Below, piece after piece: positions 48,720 to 62,009 of a stretch of DNA of 64,000 nt; the stretch's first letter is position 1, and each line of letters begins with the position of its first letter. Below the pieces are notes generated by a model. It searched no databases. It was not told the DNA's origin and saw only the letters and a list, made by a program, of their open reading frames with translations. A program made the position numbers and the translations under genes. The stretch is from positions 35,084,347-35,148,346 of the forward strand of contig NC_092386.1 in the NCBI RefSeq assembly GCF_030028105.1. Reading direction: 5' to 3'. Source of the DNA: Mobula birostris (lineage: Eukaryota).

Positions 48720-49989
48720 GATTTTACAGATTTTACATTTTGGGTTGCTGAAACAATATTCCTTTTGACTATTGCTCTGTTTTCATCCTTTAATAACAAT
48801 GCCACCTTCCTTCCTTCCCTTTTTTTATCTGCCCATCTAAATATTGAATATTCTCAGACATTCAGCTGCTAGGCTGTGTCACTATTGTCTTATCTCCAAA
48901 ATGCCAATTTTATTTTATTTGTTTATATCTCTTTGTGCTGTTACTTATCAACTATATTATGAATTCTTTGTACCATCAGATCAGGAATCTTTATGGTTGT
49001 CTTTATAACATTTTTGCTGTGGCAATACTTGTCTTAAAAAACCGTCTTTCTTAGCCGAGTTTTATGTATTTGAATGATCTGTCCCTTCCTGACTCAATTT
49101 GGTTATCTCCATGCCAGTCATTTACCTGCACAGCTTCCTCTTTATGCCCCGATCCATGCTTCTGTACCCCTGTTACTGATGGTAGCTTTTTTTCTCTAAC
49201 TTGCAAATTTATTTAGTTTTCCCAGCTAGGGAAGTGGGATTTGAACTGTGCATGTTTTGATGTACATGTGATAAATGAATCTGAATCTAGCTTCTATATA
49301 ACTGAAACAGAAATTTGGTTGCTAGACTAGCATAATAACCAAAATGCTGATGTACTCCTTTTTATTTTATCTGCCAAATCTATGACCACATTAATTTAAT
49401 TCCTTTTAAGAACATAAGAAATATAAGCAGAAGTCTGTAGGTTGTTCAACCCATTATACACTACAGCATTAAACAAAATCTTGTTGCTCTTTTACATCTG
49501 TCATATGGATTTGGTTCCCTTCAGATCAAAACTATTTTAGATCCTGATTTTGTGTACTTTCAGTACTTAGTCTCTATCCCTGTCATGGGCAGAGAATTTC
49601 AAGGATCCACTATTCTCTGTGTAAAGACATTTATTTTTCTGCTGTCCAGAGTAATTGACCCTTTATGTTGAGAATGCAACATCAAATCCAGGGAAGGGAT
49701 TATTTATACACTAACGTCAAGGCCCGTAAAGGTTTTGAATGTACATAGAATGGTGAAGCATCTGAACAGGCCCTTCGGCACAACATGATGTTGTGCCTGA
49801 CTAAGTAAGCTAATGACATTTAATTAAACTAATCCCTTCTGCTTTCATATGGTCTATAACTGCCCCATCCATTCACTGTATATTTATGGGCCTCGCCAAT
49901 GCCTCTATCTTGTAACTTCAATGTTTTAATCTCTCATGATATTAACATATTTTCTCATGACAGAATAACATATAAAGATGCTACTTGTA

Positions 49990-52025
49990 CAATGACTGAC
50001 AAGGGAAGTAAAGGACAGTATAAAAATAAAAGAGAAGAAGTATAACATAGCAAAGATGAGTGGGAAGCCGGAGGATTGGGAAACTTTTAAAGACCAACAG
50101 AAGGTAACTAAAGAGGCAATATGTGGAGAAAAAATGAGATATGATGGTAAACTAGCCAAGAATATAAAGGAGGGTAGTAAAAGCTTCTTTAGGTATGTGA
50201 AGAGGAAAAAAAATAGTTAAGACCAAAACTGGGCCCTTGAAGACAGAAACAGGTGAATTTATTATGGGGAACAAGGAAATGGCAGACTGGTTGAACAGGT
50301 ACTTTGAATCGGTCTTCACTGGGGAAGACACAAACAATCTCCCAGATATAATAGTGGCCAAAGGACCTAGGGTAATGGATGAACTGAAGGAAATTTATAT
50401 TAAGCAGGAAATGGTGTTGGATAGACTGTTGGGTCTGAAGGCTGATAAGTCCCCGAGACCTGATGGTCTGCATCCCAGGGTACTTAAGGAGGTGGTTTTA
50501 GGAATTGTGGACACATTGGTAATCATTTTCCAATGTTGTATAGATTCAGGATCAGTTCCTGTGGATTGGAGGGTGGCTAATGTTGTCCCACTTTTCAAGA
50601 AATGAAGAAGAGAGAAAACAGGGAATTATAGACCAGTTAGCCTGACGTCAGTGGTGGGAAAGATGCTGGAGTCAATTATAAAAGACGAAATTACGACACA
50701 TTTGGATAACAGTAATAGGATAGGTCCGAGTCAGCATGGATTTACGAAGGGGAAATCGTTCTTGACTAATCTTCTAGAATTTTTTGAGGATGTAACTATG
50801 AAAATGGACAAGGGAGAGCCAGTGGATGTAGCGTACTTGGACTTTCAGAAAGCCTTTGATACAGTCCCACGTAGGAGATTAGTGGGCAAAATTAGGGCAC
50901 ATGGTATTGGGGGCAGAGTACTGACATAATTGAAAATTGGCTGGCTGACAGGAAACAAAGAGTAGCAATTAACGGGTCCCTTTCGGAATGGCAGGCGGTG
51001 ACCAGCGGGGTACCGCAGGGTTCAGTGCTGGGTCTGCAGCTGTTTACAACATACATTAATGATTTAGATGAAGGGATTAAAAGTTACATTAGCAAATTTG
51101 CAGATGACACAAAGCTGGGTGGCAGTGTGAAATGTGAGGAGAATGTTACGAGAATGCAGGGTGACTTGGACAGGCTGGGTGAGTGGGCGGATGCATGGCA
51201 GATGCAGTTGAATGTGGATAAATGTGAGGTTATCCACTTTGGTGGCAAGAACAGGAAGGCAGATTACTATCTGAATGGTGTCAAGTTAGGAAAAGGAAAA
51301 GTACAACAAGATCGAGGTGTTCTTGTACATCAGTCACTGAAAGCAAGCATGCAGGTACAGCAGGCAGTGAAGAAAGCTAATGGCATGCTGGGCCTTCATA
51401 ACAAGGGGAATTGAGTATAGGAGCAAAGAGGTCCTTCTGCAGCTGTACAGGGCCCTGGTGAGACCACACCTGGAGTATTGTGTGCAGTTTTGGTTTCCAA
51501 ATTTGAGGAAGGACATCCTTGCTATTGAGGGAGTGCAGCGTAGGTTCACAATATTAACTCCCGGGATGGCGCGACTGTCATATGTTGAAAGATTGGAGTG
51601 ACTGGGCTTGTATACACTGGAATTTAGAAGGATGAGAGGGGACCTGATTGAAATATATAAGATTATTAAGGGATTGGACACGCTGGAGAAGGAAGCATGT
51701 TCCCACTGATGGGTGAGTCCAGAGCCAGAAGCCATAGTTTAAGAATAAGGGGTAGGCCATTTAGAACGGAGTTGAGGAAAAACTTTTTCACCCAGAGAGT
51801 GGTGGGTTTGTGGAATGCTGTGCCCCAGAAGGCTGTGGAGGCTAAGTCTCTGGATGCTTTCAAGAAAGAGGTGGATAGAGCTCTTAAAGATAGCGGAATC
51901 AAAGGTTATGGGGATAAGGCAGGAACTGGATACAGATTGTGGATGATCAGCTATGATCACAGTGAATGGCGGTGTTGGCTCGAAGAGCCAAATGGCCTAC
52001 TCCTGCACCTATTGTCTATTGTCTA
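49990..52025 (+). mobile_element. CR1-type LINE RT and 3'UTR in an MFSD3 intron; relatively young but interrupted
   Basis: DGLHPRVLKE, QHGF, GVPQGSVLG, FADD and LVRPHLEYC motifs; premature stops (50603, 50927) and frameshifts; ctattgtctattgt tail. Confidence 0.92.
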
Positions 52026-52159
52026 TAATGGCCCTTCAATCCTGTGCTGGCTCTCATCAGTCCCATTGTTTCCCTGTAACCTATTTTTGGTTGCATCTTC
52101 ATCAAATCAACTTTCCCTGGTTCTCCTGCAACCTTCCCCCCTTCTCATATACCCACATA

Positions 52160-52935
52160 TAGGTTTAATAGGTTCAATTTAATGTCAGAGAAATGTATAC
52201 AATACATGTCCTGAAATTCTTTTTCTTCGCAATCATCTACGAAAACAGAGGAGTGCCTCAAAGAATGAATGACAGTTATATGTTAGAACCTCAAAGCCCC
52301 CTCCATGCATATGCAGCAGCAAAGCGACGACCCCCCTCTCCCCTATCAAGCACTCAGCGTGCAGCAAAGCATCAATAAAGTTACAGACTTGCAGTACCCC
52401 AAAGACTACTTATTCACCCAGTAATTTGACATACCACAGGCTCTCTCTCTCTCTCTCCCTAATAAGGGAAAAGAGGTGTCGCCGTTTCACAGCGAGAGGG
52501 GAGGCATAACAAAACAACTTGCCGATTTATGTGTCACTTTTTCAGAGCTCTGTACCCAAAGATCTTAGGTTTCTGGGCACACAGCCAGCAGCCAGCTCGT
52601 TGCTTACAATCTTCCGTCTCTCACGACACACCAGTTTTTTGTAGGCACTGACCTCAAATCTGCCCACCTCCAGAGCCACGAAAATCTGGCACCTTGAAGG
52701 TGCGCTGGTCTTCTAGGCTGCGTCCTTGGCATACCGACAAACGGCTGGTCGTGAGACCCTCAAGAACGGGTCCCATTCCCGCAAAGAACGTAAGTTAGCA
52801 TGTAACTCCAGGTCAGAGTCTTCAAAAGAACCCTAAAAAAGAAAAAAAGAGATATTGAAGATAGAAATAGAGCTGTTTCCAAAGATGCAAGCAAAAGAGT
52901 CACTATTGGGTGCCATTATCCTAAGCTCTGGCCTC
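52160..52935 (-). mobile_element. Probable non-autonomous LINE-derived element (similar type at ~42430-43105 +)
   Basis: Minus strand has an atggcacccaatag-type 5' end and a cattaaattgaaccta tail; no coding content; retains CpG. Confidence 0.4.
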
Positions 52936-53784
52936 GATATCTTTTATGCCTACATTTAATCTAATTTATAGTTAGATTAAAGATTAGCTTTACTTGTTAC
53001 TTGTACATTGAAACATGCAGTGAAATATAGTGTTTGCATCGATGACCAACGCAATCTGTGATGTGCTTTTGGCAGCCCACAAGTATTGCCATGCTTCGGG
53101 TGCTAATATAGCGCGCCCGCAACTTTCTAATGCTTAACCCATAAGTCTTTGGAATGTGGGAAGAAACTGAGCACCCGGAAGAAACTCTCATGGGGAGAAC
53201 ATACAAGCTCCTTACAAACTGGCGGGAATTGAACCCTGATCTTATAGTTGGCACTGTAAAACATATTGCTAACCACAACAACACTGTGCTGCCTTATTGC
53301 TCTACTGACAGATCCTCAGGAAATCAGAACACCTCAGGGAAACCTCACAGCCACAGGAAAACATAATGCAAATTCTATACTGACAGCAACAGAATTTAGG
53401 ATTGAACATTGGTTCTGCTAGGGTGATCAACTCTGTCCCTATGCCATCCTCTCCTCTTTTCCTCTTAAACTGAAGAGATTATAAACCCACTTCTATGATT
53501 ATTGTTCATGTAATCTTTATCTGTTTAACTTTTCCTCTTAGGACAATGATTCTATCTCTGGAATTAATCTGGTGAACCTCTGGGGTACTCCCTTCGTTAC
53601 TATGTCTTCCCTCAGGTCGCGGGTCCAGACCAGAGCCGTGCACAGTGTTTCTGATGTTGTCTTTACAAGTGTTACAAGGTTTATTTGCTCTTGCGCTTGA
53701 ATTCTCTTGCAATAATTGCCAACTACTTGGGGAATAGGCCTGTATGCTATTTGCCTTCCTCAATGCTTGTTGCTTGTGTATATT

Positions 53785-54118
53785 ATAGTCATAGTCATAG
53801 TCATACTTTATTGATCCCATGGGAAATTGGTTTTCTTTACAGTTGCATCATTAATAATTAAACAGTAATAAAACCATAAATAGTTAGATAGTAATATGTA
53901 AATTATGCCAGGAAATAAGTCCAGGACTAGCCTATTGGCTCAGGGTGTCTGACCCTCCAAGGGAGGAGTTGTAAAGTTTGATGGCCACAGGCAGGAATGA
54001 CCTCCTATGACGCTCTGTGTTGCATCTCGGTGGAATGAGTGTCTGGCTGAATGTACTCCTGTGCCCAACCAGTACATTATGTAGTGGATGGGAGACATTG
54101 TCCAAGATGGCATGCAAC
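53785..54118 (-). mobile_element. Rex/Babar-type LINE 3' end with (GACTAT)n tail
   Basis: ILDNVSHPLH...TERHRRSFLPVAIKLYN; caataaagta(tgacta)n. Confidence 0.8.
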
Positions 54119-54408
54119 TTTTAGTATTTTTTAGTATCTTCTGCACGAAGACAGGGTCCCTCTGAAAAGCAAAAGGTTTCAGAATCACACCATTTAAAAA
54201 TAAATAAAATTTAATTTTCTACCAAAGTCAAGCATATCACTTCCCATTTCTCCACTCTATTTTCTATCTGCCATTCTCCTAACCTTTCCCATCATTTGTG
54301 TATCTATTTACTTCATTAAAACAATCCAATCATTGCCTTCAACTAACTGTCTCTCCTTTATTAATCTGAGCTCCTATTACTGTTTTGTTTCTAAAAACTT
54401 CCTGCCCC

Positions 54409-54938
54409 TGTCGTGGTTTTACAAATGACCAGGAGATGCAGAAGATTCTTCAAGAAGTTTTTAACTTTAATTTGCAAATCAAAGCTGAGACAGTCAGTGA
54501 GCTAGCCGCTGAATGCCCGCCGATCTTTTGTACACAGCGTTCTTTATGGCCCTTTTCTGGCTTAACTGCATTAGCATACTGCTGTATGTTTCACTCTAGC
54601 TATTATCTTTCTACTTGGTTACATTCTCTTTCTCATGGGGTCAATAGTACACTGGTTTCATTCCAGCTAGTAAATCAACCACCCTTATCTTTCTACTTGG
54701 TCACATTCTCTTTCTCATGGGGTCAATAGTACACGGTTTTCATTCTAGCTAATAAATCAATGGTTACATAGTAAGTACCGTAGGAATCCCCTGCGTACTC
54801 AATAACGAACACTTAATGCGTAGTAAGGGCATAGTAAACACCTGAGTAAACACTTGATATGTAGTAAATGCACGCTTGAATAAATACCTAGAAAACAGTG
54901 GTTTCAATATAGTTTATAATGTTTTCCAATACCCCACA
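54409..54938 (-). mobile_element. Possible solo LTR containing an 82-bp tandem duplication (54603-54759)
   Basis: TG...CA ends (tgtcgtgg / ccccaca); minus-strand ATTAAA near its 3' end; no TSD seen. Confidence 0.4.
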
Positions 54939-57820
54939 ACTAACTTACTAGTAGTAGTTGGGTACGTCCCTGAATTCTGTTTTCAAGAGAGCGTTACATT
55001 TACCATTCTCCAGTCCGATACCATTTTCACTCTATCTTAAGATTGGAAGATTCAGGCTAGAACTACTGCAGCCTTGCTACCAGCTCTCTTAGTAATGTTG
55101 GATCCATCCCATATCGACTTTTTATTTTAAACATAACGTATCTTTCTAGTTTCTTTCGATCAATTTTTAATGTGGATGTATTTGAAATTAAAAATTAGGA
55201 TAGATATTGTAGTTTTAAAATGTTAATTAGCATTGACATGGTGATATTATTTCTATCTTCAATCGCAGCTCATCTCTGTTATGTGATCTTGAGTCCCTGT
55301 GTGCACTCAGTAAATTAAAAAATTCAAACTGTGCATACATAATGTTTAACTCAACGTATTCTTGTGGATGAGCTGCAAAGGGATTAATTACTCAATATAT
55401 CTGCTTTCTTAAAGTAAATGTTGTTCTGATAAAGGTCTATCAAATTTCTACTCTGTCATTTAGTTATATGCTGCCCGTAAGTTTTCTCACTGCTGAGTAA
55501 TCTTTGTGATTCACTAACCATGTAACATTTAAAAAATCTGTTCCAGATATTCTCTCCTTGCATATTGCAAAATACTCCTTCCAAGTTTGGTGATGATGGA
55601 GCAATTGCAGTAATTTCTGATCCACCTCATTCCATTAAACCAAACGTAAAACTGATCAGAAAGTACATGTAAATAATTCAGCAATTATGAATTAGTCACA
55701 CTCGTTTTCAGTGAGTATAGATTGGCTTTTATCTTGCACATTCTGACACACCAGTCAAAGCTCATGTATTTCCCAACTTTTGGGAACACCTGTCACAGTT
55801 CATTGCTCATGTGATCATGAACTGAGCAATACATGTCAGAACATGCACAGAAACCTCACTATGCCCTCGATTGCTCTGCTGCCTTTGGCAGTATGGAGTA
55901 TTTTTTCTGCTAAGTTATTGAGGGATGGGATTTAAAATGTGACTAATATTTTTTTAAAAAAGTGGATTCAAATAGAAATGCTTGTGGAGAGAGCATTAGC
56001 TTATATAATGCAAAATTGTGTATCTCATTTCAAAAGTAATTTGAAAGTAGGTGTGAAAGTAAATCTGATCTTCTCTTGAAAATGGATTTGCAGTGAACTA
56101 CTGTAGTTATTAAATATATCCATTGACTCAATCTTGTTGATTTTAGAAATGTTATTTTCTGATATAATTAATAGCAGTGTTAATTCATTTACCAACCTTA
56201 TATAAAGGAGACAAGATGCTGGAATCTAGAGCAAAAAACAAAATGCTGGAAGAACTCAGCGAGTCAGACAACATCTGTGGTCAGGTCAAGATCTAGACTT
56301 GGACCACAGCAGATGAAGAATCTTGATCCAAGTACTGACTGTCCCTTTCCCAAATACTGCTTCACCAGCTGAGTTCCTCCTGCAATTCGTTGTTTGCAAC
56401 CTTACAAAAAGAAAACTGCAACCATAATAATGATGAAGAATAAACAGGCTGTAGTTGGAGAACAGATTCATGGCTTTGTTTCCCCAAGAGGTGTGTCTTC
56501 TCCAATCAAAAAGTTTTAAGTTCTGGGGCTCTTAAGTGCAACTGTTCCCTTCTTGGACAGTAACTGGTCAGGATGCACCCTCTAGAGGAACACATAAGAA
56601 GTACACATAGAAAGATGTAATTTCTCATCAATAAAAATAATCACAAATCCTAATTCCGTACAATGTCAGGAGTCCACTTCCCATTCCAATAATCTAGGGT
56701 GGATACAAATAAAAAAAAGTTATGCTTGCTGGAACTTAACGTTATCAACAGATGCATGAGTCCTTGCCTTGTAAACGGATAATAAAGTCGTACGCTATCC
56801 TGAATTTATTCCCAAATTGTGTTAAAATCTAGAGAGGTGAGAGGTGAGCAGCTTTCATAGAGAACTAGCTATTGATCCAATAAAAGCATGCATTTTCATT
56901 CATTACCCCTTTGAAAATTTCCAAACTGAAATGGTTTTCCTTGCAGAGAAAATGTTTATGATAGGCAATGTGCAGAAAGCTTAAAAGTTGTGGATTTGCT
57001 TAAAGTGGTGTACTTCTAACATTTCTGGTTCTGATGGAAGGTCATTGTCTGCTCCTCTGCAGGTACTGCTTGACCTACATTGTGTATATAGTGCGTTGTT
57101 TTCATTTTATATATTCTAGAGCTAACAACAACATGCAAGGTTAGGCGTTTTATTTGAGTTCAGCAGTTTATCAGTATTGCACTTTGTATCTTTCTAACAC
57201 TTGCATTTAATGTTTGGTTCATTATTACAGTTTCTGCAGCATGATGAATTTGATTTTTTTTAAAAACAGACCATGGTTCTGAAGTTGGTTATCTTTTATT
57301 AGGTTGTTCATTGCTTCATTCTAAGTTAGATTATACGTTTATAATTTCTAAGTGTGTTGCTGTGGTGATTAACACTATATTTACATGTTTTATTTACCTA
57401 TCGCAGGGGTCCCCCAATCTTTTTTACACTGTGGATCGGTTTAATATTGACAATATCTGCGGACCAGCCGACCGGGGGGTTGGGGGGTGGTGTTCAAGTA
57501 GGGTTAAACTCACCTCAACATGTCTTTTGCAGTTAGGGTTGCCAACTTTCTCACTCCCAAATAAGGGACAAAAGTAGCAGTTAAATACAGGACAGTGTTT
57601 ACCCCGAGAAAGACTACCATGTGTGTACCACCTGTGTGCGCATGCGTGATATGCGCATATGTGACGTGCGCATGCACCGATTTTTTTCCTCAAATCGGTT
57701 TTGGCTTAATCTTCCCGACTACACTGTACATACATTATTTCTACTTTATATAGGCTGTGTATTTATTGTATCATTCCTGCTTTTACTATATGTTAGTGTT
57801 ATTTTAGGTTTTATGTGTTA

Positions 57821-60309
57821 CAGGTGTCCCCCACTTTTCGAACGTTCGCTTTACAACACCTCGCTGTTACAAAAGACCTGCATTAGTTCCCTGTTTTCGC
57901 TAACAGAAGATGTTTTCACTGTTAGGAAAAAAGGCAGCCCATGCCCAAACAGCCAAGCTCCTCCCCCGGAACTGCATTCTAGCCGCCATTGCTTAAACAC
58001 GTGCTTTATCTCGATTTATTTTGTGCATCCGTTAGCAAGATGAGTTCCAAGGTATCAGAAAAGCCGAAAAGAGCTCGTAAGGGTGTTACGCTTAGTGTAA
58101 AACTAGACATAATTAAACGTTTCAATCATGGTGGTTTCGATCATGGTGAACGAAGTAAGGACATTGTCCGCATGTTGAACTTGCCTGCATCCACTATTCG
58201 CACTATCTATACACAGAGAGAAAGAATCTTTAAAGCTGCCGATGTTACTGTTGGTTCTGCTCATAGCAAATTGGTCTCTCTTAGTTGGCAAATGGATAAC
58301 ATGGAAAGTCTACTGCTTGAGTGGATTGATGGGTGTACAAAGCGTGGTGTTCCGTTAAGTTTTCTTATACTTGAGAAATCAGTCAGTCTTTTTAATAAGC
58401 TGAAACAGAAAGCACTGGCTGATGGTGATGAACGTATTGTGAAAGTGGAATTTAAAGGTAGTCATGGATGGATGGTTTGATCGGTTTCTGAGGCGAGGAC
58501 AGCTTCATAGTTTAATGTTTACTGGAGAGAGTGCTTCGGCTGATACTGAAGCTGCCCAAAAGTTCCCAGCAGAACTGAAGAATATCATTACAGAAGGTGG
58601 TTATTCGTATAAGCAAGTGTTTAACTGTGATGTAACTGCAATTTTTTGGAAAAAATTGCTGAGTAAGACATTTATTTCAATAGAAGAAAAGCAGGCTAAG
58701 GGACACAAGGCATCGAAGGACAGGTTTACCCTAATGCCTATTATTAACGCCACTGGTGATGCTGTCCTTAAGCCTCTACTAGTGTACCATTCAGAAAATC
58801 CAAGGGCACTTAAAGGCGTTGATAAGAAAACACTTCCCGTTGTGCTCCATTCACATCCAAGCAGTTGGAATACCCAAATGCTTTTTTCTGAGTACATGAG
58901 CGATATGTTAGTCCTTTTGTTGAAAAATACTGTAGAGAAAATACACCTCGATAATAGGTGTCTTGTGATTGTCAATAATTGTGGTGCTCATCCGCCTGGC
59001 ATTACCGAGTATGGCGATAACATTCATGTTGCGTTCTTACGGCTGAATACGACATCGTTGCTGCAGCCGTGCGACCAAGGCCTAATAGCCACAATTAAGA
59101 CTTAGTATACGCAAAATGTGATGCATTTTATTGTAAGTGCCATTGACAGAAAGGGCAACTCCGAAGCAGCTTTGCGAGAGATCTGAAAAGACTACAATAT
59201 AAAATTGGCAATCGCCAACATTGGAGATGCTCTCGATAGGCTAACAGTCTCGATGAGAAATGGCTTTTGGAGGAAACTGTGTCCCGAAGCAGTGAACAAT
59301 TTTAAAGGCATCGAACCATCAACAATAAATACGGCAATAGTGAGCTTGGCTAAGGAGGCTGGGTTTATGGAAGTTGACGAAGATGATGTTGAAGAGGTTT
59401 TGGCATCCCATGACCAAGAACTGACAGATGAAGAGCTGATGCAATTGCAAGAGGAAAGGATAACAATCGAAGCCGAACACAGTAGCGAACGGCCCGAAAG
59501 TGAAGTCGTCCAGGAACTGAACGTGAAGCAATTGTGTGAGATTTTTGCTGCAATGATTGCAGAAAAGTATGACTTTAATTTTGAAAGGGTACGTAGGTTT
59601 AGGGCAGGTTTTCAGGATGTTTTGAGTACTTACAAAGAACTGTATGATAGAAAAATGCACGAGGCTAAGCAGTCAAGCATACTGTCCTTTTTCAAGCCTT
59701 GCACATCAGTCACAGCAGACAACGAACCTCAACCTTCGACAACAAGGCAGGCAGACATAGAAGAAGGTGACCTACCTGCCCTGATGGAAACAGACAACGA
59801 TGAGATGACACCCCAGTCTCCTCTACCTCCCACCACCCCAACCTCCGACGTCTCTGTCTAACACACCATCCCGATTCCTGTAACTGAAACTATACTGTAC
59901 ATGCATTATTTCTACTTTATATAGGCTGTGTATTTTTGTGTTATTTAGTATGATTTGCTGCTTGGTATGATTTGGCAGCCTCATAGCTTAAAGGTTACTG
60001 GAGAGAGTGTTTCTGCCGAGAGCGCCTGCTCTGACAGCGCTTGCGTGAGATTTTCACTGCGCTAGACAGTGCTTCAATGATTGCAGAGAAGTATTTCTAC
60101 TTTATATAGGCTGTGTATTTATCATATCATTCCTGCTTTTACTATATGTTACTGTTGTTTTAGGTTTTTTGCGTTATTTGGCATGATCTTGTAGGTTTTT
60201 TTTGGGTCTGGAAACGCTCAAAAATTTTTCTCATATAAATTAATGGTAATTGCTTCACTTTACGCCATTTCGGCACGAAAGGGTTCATAGGAACGCTCTA
60301 CCTTAGCGG
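57821..60309 (+). mobile_element. Tigger/pogo DNA transposon with intact left end and missing right TIR
   Basis: TA|caggtgtcccccacttttcg left end; near full-length transposase follows. Confidence 0.85.
58040..59861 (+). pseudogene. Tigger/pogo (CENP-B/TIGD1-like) transposase pseudogene
   Basis: HTH (KLDIIKR..STIRTI), FKGSHGWFDRF, VFNCDVTAIFWK, NNCGAHP and LLQPCDQG motifs. Inactivated by a 4-bp ggat duplication frameshift (~58467), stops at 59103 and ~59183, and a D-to-N change at the second catalytic Asp. Confidence 0.9.
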
Positions 60310-61760
60310 TAGAAATACGGGACAAGGACAGTCCCATATGGGACAAACCAATTTAGTTCAATGTACGGGATGTCCCAGCAAATACGGGACAGTTGGCAAC
60401 CCTATGTTCAAATTCAACAGTGCGTGACAGGGACTGAGGAAAGGTGCAGCTCACTCATATCGTTTCCTCGCGCACTGGTAGCACATGCTTTGCAGCCTGG
60501 TACCGGTCCACAGCCCGGCGGTTGGGGACCGCTGACCTATGGGATAGATGCTAATGTAAAACCTTGTAGACCTGGGTCTCTATCTGAAACGCAGCAAATT
60601 CTTTGAAGATATGATCAATTACCATCTACCAACTAAGATTCTTCAACAATATTTTAACTGGTTCTTTATTCCAATATTTCTTGTGGGATATTGCTGAAAA
60701 TTGGTAATTGTTTATTTTTGTTACATATACTGAGATGCATAGAACTCAAACTTAGAACAGTACAGTGAAGCAGGGGTCCATAATGTTGTGCCATTCTTTT
60801 AACCTACTACTGTACTTGAATAATCTAGCCTTTCCCCCCACCTCCCTGTGCACCCAGTAGCCCTTAATTTTTATTTCATCTATGTGTCTTCTGAAGTGTC
60901 TCTAAATGTCTGTAATGTATCAGCCTCTATCATCACTTCTGGCAATATATTCCAGGTACTTACCATGCTGTATTTTAAAAAAATCTGACATCTACCCTAA
61001 ACTTTCCTTCACTAACCTTAAAAGGATGTCATCTTATATTAACCATTGCTGCCTTGAGAGAAAGATGCTGGCTACACACTCTGTCTATTACTCTTATGAT
61101 CTTATGCACTTCCATCAAGTTGTGTCTCATGCTCCAAGGAGAAAAGCCCCAGCTTGCTCAACCTTTCCTCATCAAATGTGTCTTCTAATCCAGGCAGCTT
61201 CCTGGTCAACTAGACAATGAGAACCTCTTGCCCTACATTGGAAACCAGTGGAAGCTCGTCAAAGGTTTTGGTTTGCATGCTAGCCAGACAAATCAATCCA
61301 CAAATAAGTACATCAAGATAGTACAAAAGCAAAAAAATATATAGCACACTGATACAGTTACAAACTAAATACAGAGTAGGTAGGTTAATACAGTGCAAAG
61401 ACCGTGATGAGAGAGAATGAAAGATCAAGAGTTCAACTTTATCGTGTAACAGATCAGTTTGAGTATTTTTAACAGGAGGATAGAAGCTGTCCTGAGCCTG
61501 GCGGTAAATATTCTCAAACTTTTGTATCTTCTGCCTGATGGAAGGGGGTAAAACAGAGAATGACTGATTTGGGAGGTATACTTGATAATGTTGGCTGCTT
61601 TTCCAAGGAGATGAAAAGGTGCAGGCATTCAGTGGATTGGAGGCTGATTTTTGTGATAAACCGGGTTAAGTAAACAAACCTCTGCAAGTTCTTGTGGACT
61701 GAGGCAGGACAGTTGCCAATTACCAAACTATGATGCAGATTGGTGCATTCTGCGGTGCAT

Positions 61761-62009
61761 CCACCGAGATGCAACATGGAGCGTCATAGGAAGTCATTCC
61801 TGCCTGTGGCCATCAAACTTTACAACTCCTCCCTTAGAGGGTCAGACACCCCTGAGCCAATAGGCTGGTCCTGGTCTTATTTCCTGGCATAATTTACATA
61901 TTACTATTTAACTATTTATGGTTTTATTACTATTTATTATTTATGGTGCAACTGTAACGAAAACCAATTTCACCCGGGATCAATAAAGTATGACTATGAC
62001 TATGACTAT
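61761..62009 (+). mobile_element. Second copy of the same (GACTAT)n-tailed LINE, inserted in an older minus-strand Rex-type fragment (~61270-62200)
   Basis: About 90% identical by eye to the reverse complement of 53785-54033. Confidence 0.8.

Larger units (their letters stand above)
57499..60404. mobile_element. Nested hAT (Blackjack-like) element
   Basis: TIRs tagggttgccaact (57534) / agttggcaacccta (60404); subterminal (c)gggac repeats; 8-bp flanks tgttcaag (57491) / tgttcaaa (60405). Confidence 0.75.
57404..60534. mobile_element. Composite hAT (Charlie-like TIR) non-autonomous element
   Basis: TIRs caggggtcccccaa / ttggggaccgctg; 8-bp TSD acctatcg/acctatgg. Confidence 0.85.

Noticed and set aside
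48376-48872. ORFs with THTHTH/CVCVCV runs
   Set aside because: Translation of the (AC)n microsatellite plus a CR1 remnant.
55590-55621. GTGATGA...CTGA resembling C/D snoRNA boxes
   Set aside because: Only ~30 nt long with no convincing terminal stem; too short.
58040-59861. Domesticated TIGD gene
   Set aside because: It has a frameshift, two stops, a catalytic D-to-N change and a retained transposon end.
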